Below are positions 34,833 to 47,200 of a stretch of DNA of 64,000 nt, one piece after another. Positions within the stretch are counted from its first letter, which is position 1, and each line of letters opens with the position of its first letter. The DNA is taken from contig MU054413.1 in assembly GCA_013239625.1 (NCBI GenBank), positions 5,598,861-5,662,860 on the forward strand, written 5' to 3'. Under the pieces are notes generated by a model, which searched no databases, had not been told where the DNA came from, and worked only from the letters and a program-made list of their open reading frames with translations. The stretch is from Lama guanicoe (lineage: Eukaryota). Both the position numbers and the translations under genes were made by a program.

Positions 34833-37800
34833 CTTGTCTTCATTTTAAACTTTATATTATAAAATTTTATAAAACATTTGCAGAGATGGGAGGATAATAT
34901 AATGAACACCCAGCTCTCTCAACAACTTTTGTCTTCTGTAGTATTTTAAAACAAATTCCAGATAGCATATTACTTCCTCCATAAATACTCAAGGAAGTCT
35001 CTTTAAGAGATAGGCCTTTAAAAAAAGTCATAGCCAGAAGACCATTTTTATAGCCAGCAATATTAATACTTTCTTAATGTCATCTCATTGCCAATTAATA
35101 TTCAGTTTTCCTTGTTACAGAAATGCCATTTTTTAGATGGTTCATTCAAATCAGGATTTTAATAAGATCCACATGTGGCATTTGGTGTTGCCTTCTGACT
35201 CTTATAATCCCTAGCAGCTCCTTTCTCGGGCCTTTTGTTTAAGGAAGAACTTGTAATGGTCCGTGCCATCCAACTCTGGAGTGGACTGGTCTAGGAGCTG
35301 ACGTCCCTTCCCTGTGAGTCCACATAGATGCTGGGGAGTATGGGATGGTTCCTTTAGAAAATGGGCTGTAGGATCTGATTGTAATCTCTTTAGCCTCAAT
35401 TTCCCACAGGGCTGTTGCAAACAATTAAATAACATGGGAAATGTAACTGTCCTTTAAGAAATTATTTTCTTTCTTTTTTTTTTTTTTAAGCTGTGGGATC
35501 CTTTTCTTTAACTGGATTGTTACATGGAAGCCAGATATATGAGATAGACAGGTGCTGTGCTGATCAGGTGTGGAGGCCTGGAGCTTGCCCCTTTTCCTTG
35601 TGGACTCCCTGAGGTACTGCCACAGGGTTCCCTGGGGTTCTCCAGGATTCCAAGGAACAGAGTTTGGAAACCACTGGTTTGAGTGCTTTTCTTCTAAACT
35701 GCTGTTTATGAAGAGAGAGGTGAAGAGCCACCCAAAGCTTCACCTTCCTTTGCCTGAGCTGAGCTTGGTCCGTGAGTCACAGCTGGACCTACAGGCTGTT
35801 TCCGGTGGCAGCAATGTTTCCACGAGATACCCTTGTCTCTGCCTGCTTCCTCTGTTTACGTTAGTAGATTTCCTTTCGGAATGAACCATGCTCTCAAAAA
35901 TGACAAATGACCACATTGCAGCTAATTAAAAAACCACTCTCTGCTACCCAAGACTGTGATGTGGGAAGGAACAGAGTGACATCTCATCAGATGAGGTCCC
36001 TTGTGGTGGGAAGTGGTTACCTTTTTGGTGAAATTATTCTTTAAAAAAAAAAAAAAGACTGTCACTGGCTGGCCCTCCCCCTACATTGCATAAGAGAACT
36101 ATTAGTCATTGATACACAAATAAGCCCCTTCCAATACACAGCCTGCAAGTGAGGTTCATGGAGCTGCCTGTGTGGAAAGTGGCACCATCGGAGATAATCA
36201 CCTGTGACTCTGAGGTACTGCCTTTGGTGGCCGTCTCCAGCCCGGGTGTGTCGTCTCTACCCACAGAGTTTTTCTAGGTGTGACCTGTCTCTCCCAGGTG
36301 GTTCTCAGACCTCTTTCTGAGTCACCTTCAGGTCACTTGTCTGGATGGTGCCTGTCTGACTCCTTAAGATGGCCTGGGACCCCACATGAATATTCTTGTA
36401 TCACTTTGACCATTGTGAATCTGTCCAAACATGGTTAAAATCTGTCCAGCCAATAGTGATGTGAAAACAAACCACAAGGGAAGAAACTTAATTGTATTTT
36501 TAGGTTTTAATATAAGAAATCATACTTTAAAGAAGTATAATGACCTTTTCAATACTCACGATAACTTCTGTTCTTCTTGCTCAGAGTAACTTCTTTTTCA
36601 TCTCATCTGGCCAGAACTTTCATTTCCTGTTTGTTTCTTAAGCAGCTTAAGATTGTTGAGTATCAGGGCTGGAAGGGATCTTAGAGACCACTTGCTGAAA
36701 CTGCTGATTTTTACGAATAAGAAACAACAATTCAGAGACACAAAGGGAGTCTACCAGGATCCCGTAACGTGTCCTGGCAGAGCCGGACACAGGGCCCAGG
36801 TTTCTTCCCACGCTGGGGCTCCGTCCAAGGCATCTCTGCCAGCCGCAGGCTGGGCTGGGAGTCTCAGGAGCCTTGGCTGGTTTTTCCTGATCCAGGCCTG
36901 GCTTTGCAGGCACCAGCCCTTCCAGCAAGTGACAGGGCATCGCAATTCATAGAGCTGGGCTACAGCTCTCCTTCCTGACCCATTGGGAAAAAAAAACCTT
37001 TTATCAACCCATGCAGCTGGTATTTACGTTCCACAGATGAGCAGACTAGGCCAGGACAAGTCCATCAGCTTGCTCAGGGCCACCAGCTGCTGAGAGGCTG
37101 GGCAGGCTTTGGAGTCCTTGTCAGTTTCTTTACAGAGTCTGCATTTGTTCTGTACTCCAGGCCATCCTGTGAAGGTCTCTGTTGAGATTTCTGTGTCCCG
37201 AACCTTAGATACCCCTCGTCTTCTTGACAGCATTCATTTATTCAGCAGACAGGTTCTGAGTATCTGTCACACAGGGAGGCTATTGGGATGCAGACACAGG
37301 ACATAACGTCTAATTTAGTGCTGAGTCAGGGAATGGGTCTGATGTTGGCAGGAGGTACCTACTGCCTTGTCTCATTCTTTTTGTGATACAGTAAAAACTT
37401 CCAGTGCTGACTGCTGTGACTTCTTACTGCTTAGTCACAGGACAGAGGTCAAGCAGGAAAATGACGCCACCGAACCTCTTGCCTCAGAGGAAAAACACCC
37501 CTAATAAAGATAAGAGGGTAAAGGCCCTGTGGACAGTGAATTGGGACACTGAGCTGGCCACCCCCATGGCCAACCTCAGTGGGAACTCGTCCAGGAAAAA
37601 GCAAGAAATAAAACCAAAATGTGCTGGTTCTAGGTCCTTCTCCTGAGAAAAATGTCTGCACCTGAAGCAGCTTCGAATTTAGGGGCTGTGTGTGAGAGTA
37701 TATGTATATGGCTGTCTATTCTCCTAACTCATTGCTGATGGGAAATGGAAGACCACCTTTATAAATCTTGTCATGTTTTCTTCCCCCATTTTATGATCCC

Positions 37801-37987
37801 AGGGAGAGGGAACAAAACAGTAGCCAGCTGTCCTTGCTTTCTGCGGGAAGATTTCATGTAAGCTCCTGCTTCTGCCCTGAGTCTCCCTTACATTAAGGCT
37901 TCTCATGAACGCTCAGTGGTTGGTGTCGTCTTGCATGAGATCACTCAGCCTTTAGGGTGGAGACCAGACAATTTTGGATTCAGGTTT

Positions 37988-38027
37988 TATCCATCCATCT
38001 CTCCATCTGCCCATCCATCATCCATCC
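37988..38027. repeat. Imperfect (CCAT)n repeat
   Basis: tatccatccatctctccatctgcccatccatcatccatcc. Confidence 0.75.
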
Positions 38028-39409
38028 AGCATGGACCTGATCAGTGCTCCAACCAGGCTCTGCTGAGTGTGCAGAGGTGGGAAAAATGTTAGCATCACCC
38101 ATAAACAACGCCGGACCCATACCAGACAGCCTGGCTTGGATTTGTTCTTTGAGCTGAAATATACAACCTATTCTTCCTCAGAGGTTTTCGTTCGGCTGCA
38201 CTGTCTATCCTGGAGCTTTTAGAAATGCCAGAAAGTAATCAGCTTAGCTTCTTGTCTTCCTACTCCTCACCTTTCATTTTGTGGTTTATAGCAGATGACA
38301 AGTGTATTTGTTTGCAAAAAGACTGTCAGGTGACAAGATAGTTCCTGTCCTTCCCTGTCCCTCCTCCTCCTCCCATTTATTATCTCATTGGAAAGCCCAA
38401 GGCTGAGGGAGCAGGTATCCAGCAGGACAGATCACATAGCACAGGTGACGCTGCTTGGAGGACAGTGTACCATGAGCTGGGCGTGGGCAGACGGCTGGCA
38501 GACTGGATGGTCACTGGAGGGGGGCCAGGAGGAGGGCTGGCCTAAGGGAGCACGCAGAGTAGGGGCAGAAGGCTTGGGAGACAATCCGTGAATAGTCAGT
38601 CTTCACGGGAATTCTGGGCTTCTGCTTGGGTCATGTGCTCAGCAGGCCCTTGGGAAATGAGGCCAGGCTAACTGGCCCCCAGGAGGCACAGGGCAGGCCT
38701 GGCTGCTGTGTCCACTCATTCTATGAGGCTGCTTGAGCCCAGGGCTGCAGAGAGGAAGGGGAGAGTTGGTATGGGCAACTGTTGGTATGGAGGATGGTCT
38801 GTAGAATGTGAGAGAGGACGCTGTGGCCAAAGGAAGGTGGGGTGAGGGGTATAGGTCTGCTAGCCTTTGTGGAATCCCCAAAGGTGTCTGATAGGCTTTC
38901 TGTGATAGAAGGCTTTCTTTTTCCTCCTAAGTTTCAAATCTGAGAATCACAGCTGGGATGTTTAGAAATCAGAGTCCCTGAGTCTTAGGGAGAACTTGGG
39001 ACCGGTTCCCATCTGCTGGCCTTCTCTTTGGGGAAAGAAGGGAGTGGTTGAGGAGTGAGGTGGCGAAGTGGAAACAAGTGACCATTGCTCTCTAGCTGTG
39101 TCTCCAAGGCCACCTCACAGATCCTCGCCAAGCCTTCTCTCTGATGGGATCCATGACATCATCTCCTTCTGAGCTGGTGTGAAAGTAGGGATGGTGCAGG
39201 GTCACATGCACATAGGCGGTTGTGTGCTGAGCCGATGACAGGTGTTTCTGTTATACAGGATGCTTTGCCCATTTTTTGTATTTATCTCCTCATTTGACCT
39301 CAGCAATGCTTTAGGGGTCCTTACTCCATCGTACAGTGGGGGAACAGATAGGAGAGGTCAGGTCACTCAGGAGTCAGCTTAGGAGAGTGGGTAGGAGCTT
39401 GTGTGTGAA

Positions 39410-39610
39410 TCAATTGGGTTCATATCTTGAATCTACTACTTACTGTGACCCTGGGCAAGTCCCTCTCTGTGCCTTGGCTTCCTCATCTGTGAAATGAGGG
39501 TACTGATAGGACCTTGCCTTGTAAGGATTAAAGGAGTTACTGTTTGTAAAGTGCCGAGAGTAGTCCCTGGCAACCCAGGGAGCACCGTGGAAGCACCAGC
39601 TGTTATTTGT
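39410..39610 (+). mobile_element. MIR SINE
   Basis: tacttactgtgaccctgggcaagtccctctctgtgccttggcttcctcatctgtgaaatgagg...gtaaggattaaa. Confidence 0.75.
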
Positions 39611-39694
39611 ATTGTTATTGGTGTCCCAGTCCCACGGCTGTGCCACCTTACACTGTGACTTCCAGGGCAGGTGGGTTGGCTTGTTCTCCACTGT

Positions 39695-39830
39695 GTCCCA
39701 CACTCAGGGTGTGGTCTATAGACCAGTGCTGGTCTACAAACTCTTGGTTCCTGATCCGTGATGAAGTTAGCACAGAGATTGGGATCAGCGTTTAGCAATC
39801 TTTAGAGCAATTCGACCTTGCTGGGACGCA
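39695..39830 (+). mobile_element. hAT-Charlie fragment (Charlie4-like)
   Basis: actcagggtgtggtctatagaccagtgctggtc...gcacagagattggga..agcgtttag resembles the recalled Charlie4 left end. Confidence 0.55.
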
Positions 39831-41258
39831 CTGAACAGGTAAAGACTGCTTCAGGTGTTGTCAGATCACATGGCGAGTCACACGGGGTGTGAGCTGTGCA
39901 TAATAGTCATTGGCGGTGGGACTGTGTGATTGCAAATAAAGAACTGAGGTAGTGTGAGAGCCCTGCTGCATTGTACAGCCAGCTTCCTTGGGAGGATCCC
40001 CCACCGGCCCGAGCAGGCGGGATCTATGGCATTTTGTAAGCCTGTGCGTGACGTTTGTGCTCTAGCAGTCTGTGATAACTCCAGGCAGTGGGGTTTCCCA
40101 GTGGAGATTTTTATTAATGAGCAGTTGTTTCCATCAGTGCTACGAACGCTTACTGTGGCAGATGCCTTTTCTTGCTGCTCTTGTACGCATGGTTCTGGCA
40201 GGATTGGTAAGAATCCACAATTGAACTCTATCCTTTTCCACTTCTTAGGCTGGCAAAAACTAGAAAGCTAGATGATGTCATTGGGCAGCGGGATGTGGGG
40301 ATGTGGGAACTCACCCCTGCTGGTGCAGCCATCTGGGAGCCTCTGACAGAGCTGCTGCCCAGCCCCGACCCTGCAGCCCCTCTCGTGGGTGTGAATCCCC
40401 TGGGCTCCCTCCCACGCCTCTGGAGGTTTGCTGCAGTGTTCTGTGGGAAGGCCTCCATCCCCAGAAGAGCTGACAGGTGCAGTGGTTCCAGGTGACTGAT
40501 GAGACACACATGGCAATGGGATGTATCTTAAAGCATAGTGCTCAGGGAAAAAGTAAGAAGTAGAGTGAGATGGATATTGCAGTGCTATTATGTAAATTAA
40601 TAATACTAAACAGTGCCCGTTTTGCAAGAACACAAAGAAAAAGATAGACAAGAGAATGATTACCTCTGGGCCTGGGGGAGGAGAATGGAGAGGGAAATGG
40701 AAAGAAGAGGAAGTAAGAGATGGAGTTAGGAAGCATCACTTTTCCATGGGCTGCTGCCCTTGAGGGAAGGGCCTCTTGCCTGCTCCTGACTGGGCTGCAC
40801 CTGACGGCCCAGCTTCTGGTGTGGCATTTGTGTGTCTTGGCTGAGCCAGCAACCTCCGGCACATTGCGCATCCAGGAACGGCCTCTGTGAAGAGCTACCC
40901 ATGCCATTGTGGGGCTGTGGAAGTCACCGGTGGGGGAGGGGCAGCTGTAGTTCTTGGAACAGTTGACTCAACAGGGACATGGGTGTTTATCATACTCATC
41001 TGTGTGACTGTGGGGAGGTGACAGCACTTGATTTAAACATGGCATTGGGAATATGCGTCAGCAATGCTTGCAAAAACCCACATTCTCATCTTGGCCACAA
41101 TGGGAAAGTATGGGTAGTCACCCTTTAAGTCAGTTACTTAAAAAAACAGCTCTTCTGTATGTATCTGTTGAGCTTTTGATGTCATGTGCTACAAGAGAGA
41201 TGGAGGTTTTAGCTCTGGGAAGGTATAAAGTCCTGCTTAGGATAAAGAGCAACTTTTT

Positions 41259-41348
41259 TTTTTTTTTAAGAGGTACTGGGGATTGAACCCAGGGCCTTCC
41301 TGGGAAGCATGCACTCTACCACCGAGCTATTCCTCTCCCTCCCACCAG
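41259..41348 (-). mobile_element. Short Vic-1-type SINE (head plus A tail)
   Basis: Poly-T, then aagaggtactggggattgaacccaggg...aagcatgcactctaccaccgagctat. TSD gagcaacttttt 41247-41258 / gagcagcttttt 41349-41360. Confidence 0.85.
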
Positions 41349-41959
41349 GAGCAGCTTTTTAATTGCCAGAAACCACTACTTCAGGAAAGGGAATGAGCTC
41401 CTAGCTGCTGGGAGTGGTCAAGCAGAACCTCAGGTGTGGCGGGCAGGGCATTCCGTCATGTTCATGGTTGGACTAGATGCCATCTGCAGACCTTCCTCCT
41501 TTAACTGAACTGGGCTTCAGGTTTTAGGTCTGATGCTGGTAATTAAAACAAAATAATTGCTTGGTTTAATTAGCCATGTTTATGGTAGAGAATTTAGAGA
41601 ATGTGGATCATCAAAAGAAGAGTAAGTTGCAGGTACTTTTTTACTAACTGGAGATAACTACTATAAAGCTTTTTTTTCAGAGCGTGGAAAAAGGGATCAT
41701 TTTTGGATGCACAGTATTGCTCTGTCAAGATGTATGTCACCAGTTCCCCTTGATTGGAGATTTAGAAGTTTCCCATTTTTCAGTATAAATCATGTTGCCA
41801 TGAAGATCTTTGTGTATTTTATCTCCTCAGGATAAATTACTGGAAGTGGGGCTACTGGGCCAAAGGGTGTGGATAGTTTTAAGGCTGGTGATAGAAATTG
41901 TCAGGCTGAAAACATTGATTCTGAGTCACTCCTGGGTGTCTCCAGGTGAGTTTTTGGAT

Positions 41960-42100
41960 CCTTGTCTTTAGAATCACCTGGGAAGCTTCTGCAAATTGGA
42001 GGCTCCCTGGCCCCACTCTAGGTCTCCTGAAGCAGAACCTGGGGTGGGCTGGTCTCGCATCTGTATTGTTACCAGCACCTGGGAGAGCCTCCTGGTAGTG
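41960..42100. mobile_element. MER5A-like hAT element (similar fragments at ~12800-12930 and ~62850-62975)
   Basis: ttagaatcacctgggaagctt...ccctggccccactc...gaagcagaacctggggtggg. Confidence 0.6.
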
Positions 42101-43585
42101 CCCGGTGCTTCCTCAGTGTCCGAGCCTGCCCAGGGAAGGCGCAGAGAAGCCATGTCTGTTCTGCCCCATCTGAGGAAGAACCGTGATGTTCATGTGGTTC
42201 AGGGAGGCAGTGGAGCACCGTTCAGGGACCGACCTCTGGGTGCCGTTTTTCTTGTCTGTAAAAGTGGGAATCTCAGAGTGGTTTTGATGAGCTGGAGTCC
42301 TCTATGTACAGATACACAGGTCAGTGTTTCTCTTGCTGATGTCACAAGGTGAGAAGGTACTCACTGGGCCAGGCCACATCTGGGAAGGGAGCTCTGGGAA
42401 AAGTGGGTCAGGACGGAGAGCTTGTCTTTCCTTCTCTTCCCCGCAGGGACCCGGGGCTGATAAACCGATGGCGCAGGGTGCTGTTGGCCGAGGGCTTCTC
42501 CAGGCTCTGACGTCTTTCTGTCCAGGTCAGCAGGAGGAGCCTCATCTGCCCCTGGACTGCCTCTTCCTGCGTCTAGCAGTGTGCCCTGTGTGGGCTCCCT
42601 GCTGGTGCGCGAGGGGGTTGGGCAGGTCCAGAGGTCTCTCCCCAGCAGTGTGGTTTCCAGAGGTCGCGGGCGCTGCCTTTCACTGCAGCGTCACCACGTG
42701 GACGTGCTGCTTCCTAACACTGGCGCTGGTGGACCTGACGGGCTTACTCAGGTGTCCCTACCCAAAGATGAACTATTTGCGAAGTGTAACTGCCAGGAGG
42801 CTACTCTAGAGGGTCTGTTGCCCAGTTGTCCCTGAAGAGGTTGTCTCTGACTATCTTTGTCTCCTGATCTGTAAGTCTAGAAGGGAGCTCATTTACTTAC
42901 TTATTCAAGCAAACATACTGAAGGATGGTGGTGATGTACATTAGGGAGCAGATGGCAATGTCCCTGGCTTGGGGACTGATAAGTTGTGCTCTGATGTGAT
43001 AGAGACAACGCACCTGGGAAGCACATCCAAGGAAGGGATTGGTTTTGTCTTGTGGAGAGAGTTGGGCTGAGGGTCGATCTCATGGAGGAGGTAACTTGAG
43101 GGCTGTGCTTTGAGGTTTGAGTACAAGTCAGTGATGGTAGGTGTGTTCCAGGCGGGGGGGAGAAGCCCGAGAAGGAGCAGTGAGGCAGGAAGGAGCCAAG
43201 CGTGCTGGGTGGCCGTGGACACCATAGTGGCTGAAGCAGAAGAGGTGGAGAAGGAGGCAGGGCCAGGTGGTGGGCCAGACCTCCAGGTGTGCTTCTGAGC
43301 CATGTGGCTTAGGTGACGTGCTTGGTGCTTTGGAGCCTCAGCTTCCTGCCCTTTGAGATATGGTGATGAGACCAGCCTTAGAGGGAGTTAGTAAGGGGTG
43401 CAATGTGTGTAAAGTATGTAGCTGAGACCTTGGCACAGAGTCACATGCTCAAGAAGTGTGTGTTTCCTTCTTTTCAGTGCTGGGGTGAGGCTTTTTGACT
43501 TTATGCTAATAGGCCAGAGGGAGCCATAGAAGGTTGTGGAACATGGACTTGATAAGATTGTATCTGTTTGCATAGGTGTTTGTGT

Positions 43586-44200
43586 TGTTTTGTTTTTTTT
43601 TTAACATTTTTTATTGAGTAACAGTCATTTTACTGTGTTGTGTCAAATTCCAGTGTAGAGCATAATTTTTCAGTTATACATGAACATACATATATTCATT
43701 GTCACATTTGTTTTTCTCTGTGAACTACTACAAGATCTTGTACATATTTCCCTGTGCTATACAGCATAATCTTGTTTATCTATTCTACATTTTGAAATCC
43801 CAGTCTGTGCCTTCCCACCCCCACCCCCTCAGCAACCACAAGCTTGTATTCTATGTCTATGACTCTGTTTCCGTTTTGTATGTATGTATGTATGTATGTA
43901 TTTATTTAGATTTCACATATGAGCGATTTCATGTGGTATTTTTCTTTCTCTTTCTGGCTTACTTCACTTAGAATGACATTCTCCAGGAACATCCATGTTG
44001 CTGTAAGTGGCTTTATGTTGTTGGTTTTTTATGGCTGAATAGTATTCCATTGTATAAATATACCACATCTTCTTTATCCAATCATCTGTTGTTGGACATT
44101 TAGGCTGTTACCATGTCTTGACTATTGTAAATAGTGCTGCTATGAGCATTGGGGTGCAGGTATCATTTTGAAGTAGGGTTCCTTCTGGATATATGCCCAG
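43586..44200 (-). mobile_element. Relatively young 5'-truncated camelid-type L1
   Basis: T-rich tail and clean L1 3'UTR/ORF2 end (atggctgaatagtattccattgtataaatataccacatcttctttatcca). Perfect 11-bp TSD ggtgtttgtgt at 43575-43585 and 44201-44211. Internal (TATG)n at ~43878-43900. Confidence 0.92.
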
Positions 44201-47200
44201 GGTGTTTGTGTGTTTTTAAGTCATCCTTGGTGGCCTGATGGGGGATACTTTTTGGGGCTTAGGGTGGTGAGGCTAGAAGCTTGGGGTGGGAAGACTCTTT
44301 CCCCGACATGGTCCACCCCCTCTGCATTTCATATCTGCCAGCTCCGGTAGGGTCCTAGGATGGGCTGCCTGAGCTCTGGACAGAGGTTTTTGTGGGAAAA
44401 GGCTAGGGTTTGAAATGTGTCCCCAGAGAGCCAGCTACCCCAGTGGACACTGTAGAGCTGGACATTTGCCGAGTTTGAGCCTGGTCTTGAGAAAGTGGGA
44501 TGAGTGTCAGGAGAGGGGCAGAAGGCTGGGCCGAATACAGCAGTGTGGTAGTTGGTAGGGGTTGTACACATTTGTTGTTCACTTCCGGCGTGTGCCAGAG
44601 AGCTTATCCCAGCAACCGGAAGATGAGGGGCTCTTATTGTTCGCATTTTACAGGTGAGGGAACTGAGGCACAGAGAAGGCAGACTGCTTGCCCAGAGTCC
44701 CAGCTGGTGAGTCAGGATTTCACCCCCAGCAGTTGGAATCCGGAGGGCGCACTCACTGAGCTTTGGTGGGAAATCAGAGCAGCCTTACCAGCTAGATTTG
44801 GAGGTTTTGGCTGCCAGTTCTTGCTGGCAGATTTCACTTGCCCACAAGGAAGAGCACTGCTCACAGAGAGGCCATCAGTGATGGGACGGCTGGTTCTGGA
44901 GGTGGTGCGCCCGAGGCTGGGAGAGCCTGTGAGATACCTGTCAGGTGCTGCTGCAGGGGAGAGAGGCCAGTCGACCTTGAGACTTCCTGATTGGTGCCCT
45001 CTCCCCTACACCTTCTCCTCTACACTCTCTGGGAGCTGGGATTTTGAAGTGGGGCTGAAGGTGTGGGTGAGATTTGGATGTGTGCAGAGTCAGGCACCGA
45101 GAGAGCCCCTTGCATCTTAGAGAATGTTGCTACTGTATCCTGGGTGACTGCAGGGACTTCAGAACTCAGCCCTGCAGGCGGGCACATAACTCCATGCTGA
45201 TCCATGAGGTGACAGAGTGCGTGGAGGGGACGCAGGTGAGGGGCAGTGCTGCTCACTTTCCTCGCCATCCCTTAGCTCGCTCTTGCCTGCTGCTCCTGCT
45301 TGGGGCCACAGAATTCTTCTCGCCCAGGGTCCCAGGCAGCCCACCACAGCCTGTTGACATCAGCTGTTCTTCAGCTGCAGATCTCCTTGCTGCATCTGGG
45401 TGGAAGGAAGATCCTCCGGTTGCTGCCTCATCTGGCACGATGCCAGCCTGCCCGTTGACTTGGAACCAGTGCCTTCCCTTCTCAGGTCTTTGCATCTAGC
45501 ATGTGGTGACTGCCCAACCCAGCACCTTTTTTCACTTCCTCACCTACTGCCTTGCCCTCCCAGGCATGCACAGGCCTGTCAGGAGCCAGGCCTTAGAGGG
45601 GCAGGGACTGGCCCTTCCTCAGGATCGCGGGGCAAGCCCTGGCCTGAAGGGACAGACCGAGGCAGCCTCGTGACTCCTGTGCCCTCAGGAACTGCTCCTG
45701 TGCTGGTGCCAGATGGTGTCATCGGAGGCTGGATTAACAGATAACTCTGTTGGCAGGAGGAACAGCCCTTTCCTGGATTTAATAACCAGGCTGGTAGTGG
45801 GCTCTGTGCAGGCTCCCAGCCCCAGCTCAGGGGTGCCTCTTGCTCTCCCCCATCCTCTTTCTCCCACTGCCAGGACAGCCCTCCTCAGATGCGCCTCCAC
45901 CTCTGTCTTCCTCACTTTGTCATCAGCCTCCCCACTGTGGACAGGTTTCAAAATCTTAATGAGCAATTCAGCAGAATTTGCTTTCCTTTTTCTCCTTCCT
46001 GCTCTGAGATAAAGTCCCTGGGATGAAGTGTGGTGGGGCAAGGTGGAAACCAGGAAACCAAGTCCAGGCCTTTGGGGTGTGCAGGGTGCAGGGTCACCTG
46101 GGCCTAAGTGTAGGGGCCGGCTGTGAGCGTGTGTCTTCTAGTCACTGACGGAGGGGCTGTTCCTGTGTCTAGGAGATGCCACTTCTGGGAGGAAGGTGCT
46201 GCTTTGAAGCTGACGTGGCCGTGGGTGGTCTTGGAGGGGGCGGGTCCCACGCTCCTGGACCTGCATAGGCAGTCACAGGACTCTTGAGGGTCTCTGGGGA
46301 GCCTGAGAGAGCTGTGCTGTTGGCAGTGAAGGTGGAAGGGAGAGCCTTGCTTGGAAATTGCACCACCATTGGCTGAAATATTTTGGTAGAATATTTTCAG
46401 ACTTCTTCCCACATGTCTCCTTAGCTTTGGACAGGCCCTCATTTGGGGAACCACATACTTTAAAAAAAAATTCATTTTACCACTAACAAATGGTACAGTT
46501 AGCTTTTTTCTTTATGTGTTGCTCTTTATTTGCCTAAACTATTAGTTTATTGAGAGAGAAAATTCTCTTAGGATATTTTCCTCTTGGGTAGATAAAATAT
46601 GGCTGTACATACAGCATTACTCACCAATTTTAAAATCAGTTAAATAGTGATCATTTTTAAAGAATTATCTAGGCAGTGGGATTGCGAGCCATTTTATTCT
46701 TCAAGTTTTTCTGCTTTAAACAAGTTTTAAATGTACTATTTTTTTCTGATACAGTTTTGTAAATTTTTCAGATACACAAAAATGGTGAAAAAATAGTACA
46801 AGAAAGACTTGTATCATCTTCACCTAGATTCATCAATGGGCAACAGCCTGCTGCTGTATTTGCTTTATTCAGTATGTCATTCCATGTTTATTCACATAGA
46901 ATTTTATTTCCTGATTCATTTGAAAAAAAAGTGGTGGCTATCAGAACATTTCACCTCTAAAAACTGAAGCACGCATCACCTGTGAACCAGAAAGCGCTCC
47001 TACGTAACTCACCATTATCACACCCAAGGAATTCAGTGCTGATAGAATAATATCATCTATTACGTAGTCTGTTTCAAGTCTCCCCAATTGTCCTGCATAT
47101 TCCTTTTATAGATTTTTAAATTCTCATAAACATGTTGTATCTGTTATGCTAATGTTATTTTAAAAAACATGGATTATATACTTAACTATTAGTGATGGAC

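Noticed and set aside
44581-44623. Inverted pair of ETS cores (acttccgg / ccggaag)
   Set aside because: Only 7-bp matches, embedded in a decayed MIR flank; not distinguishable from chance without data.
44500-45120. 206-aa + strand ORF in intron 1
   Set aside because: Includes an antisense MIR (HFTGEGTEAQR), shows no similarity to DLG5 or any family I recognise, and has no clear exon boundaries.
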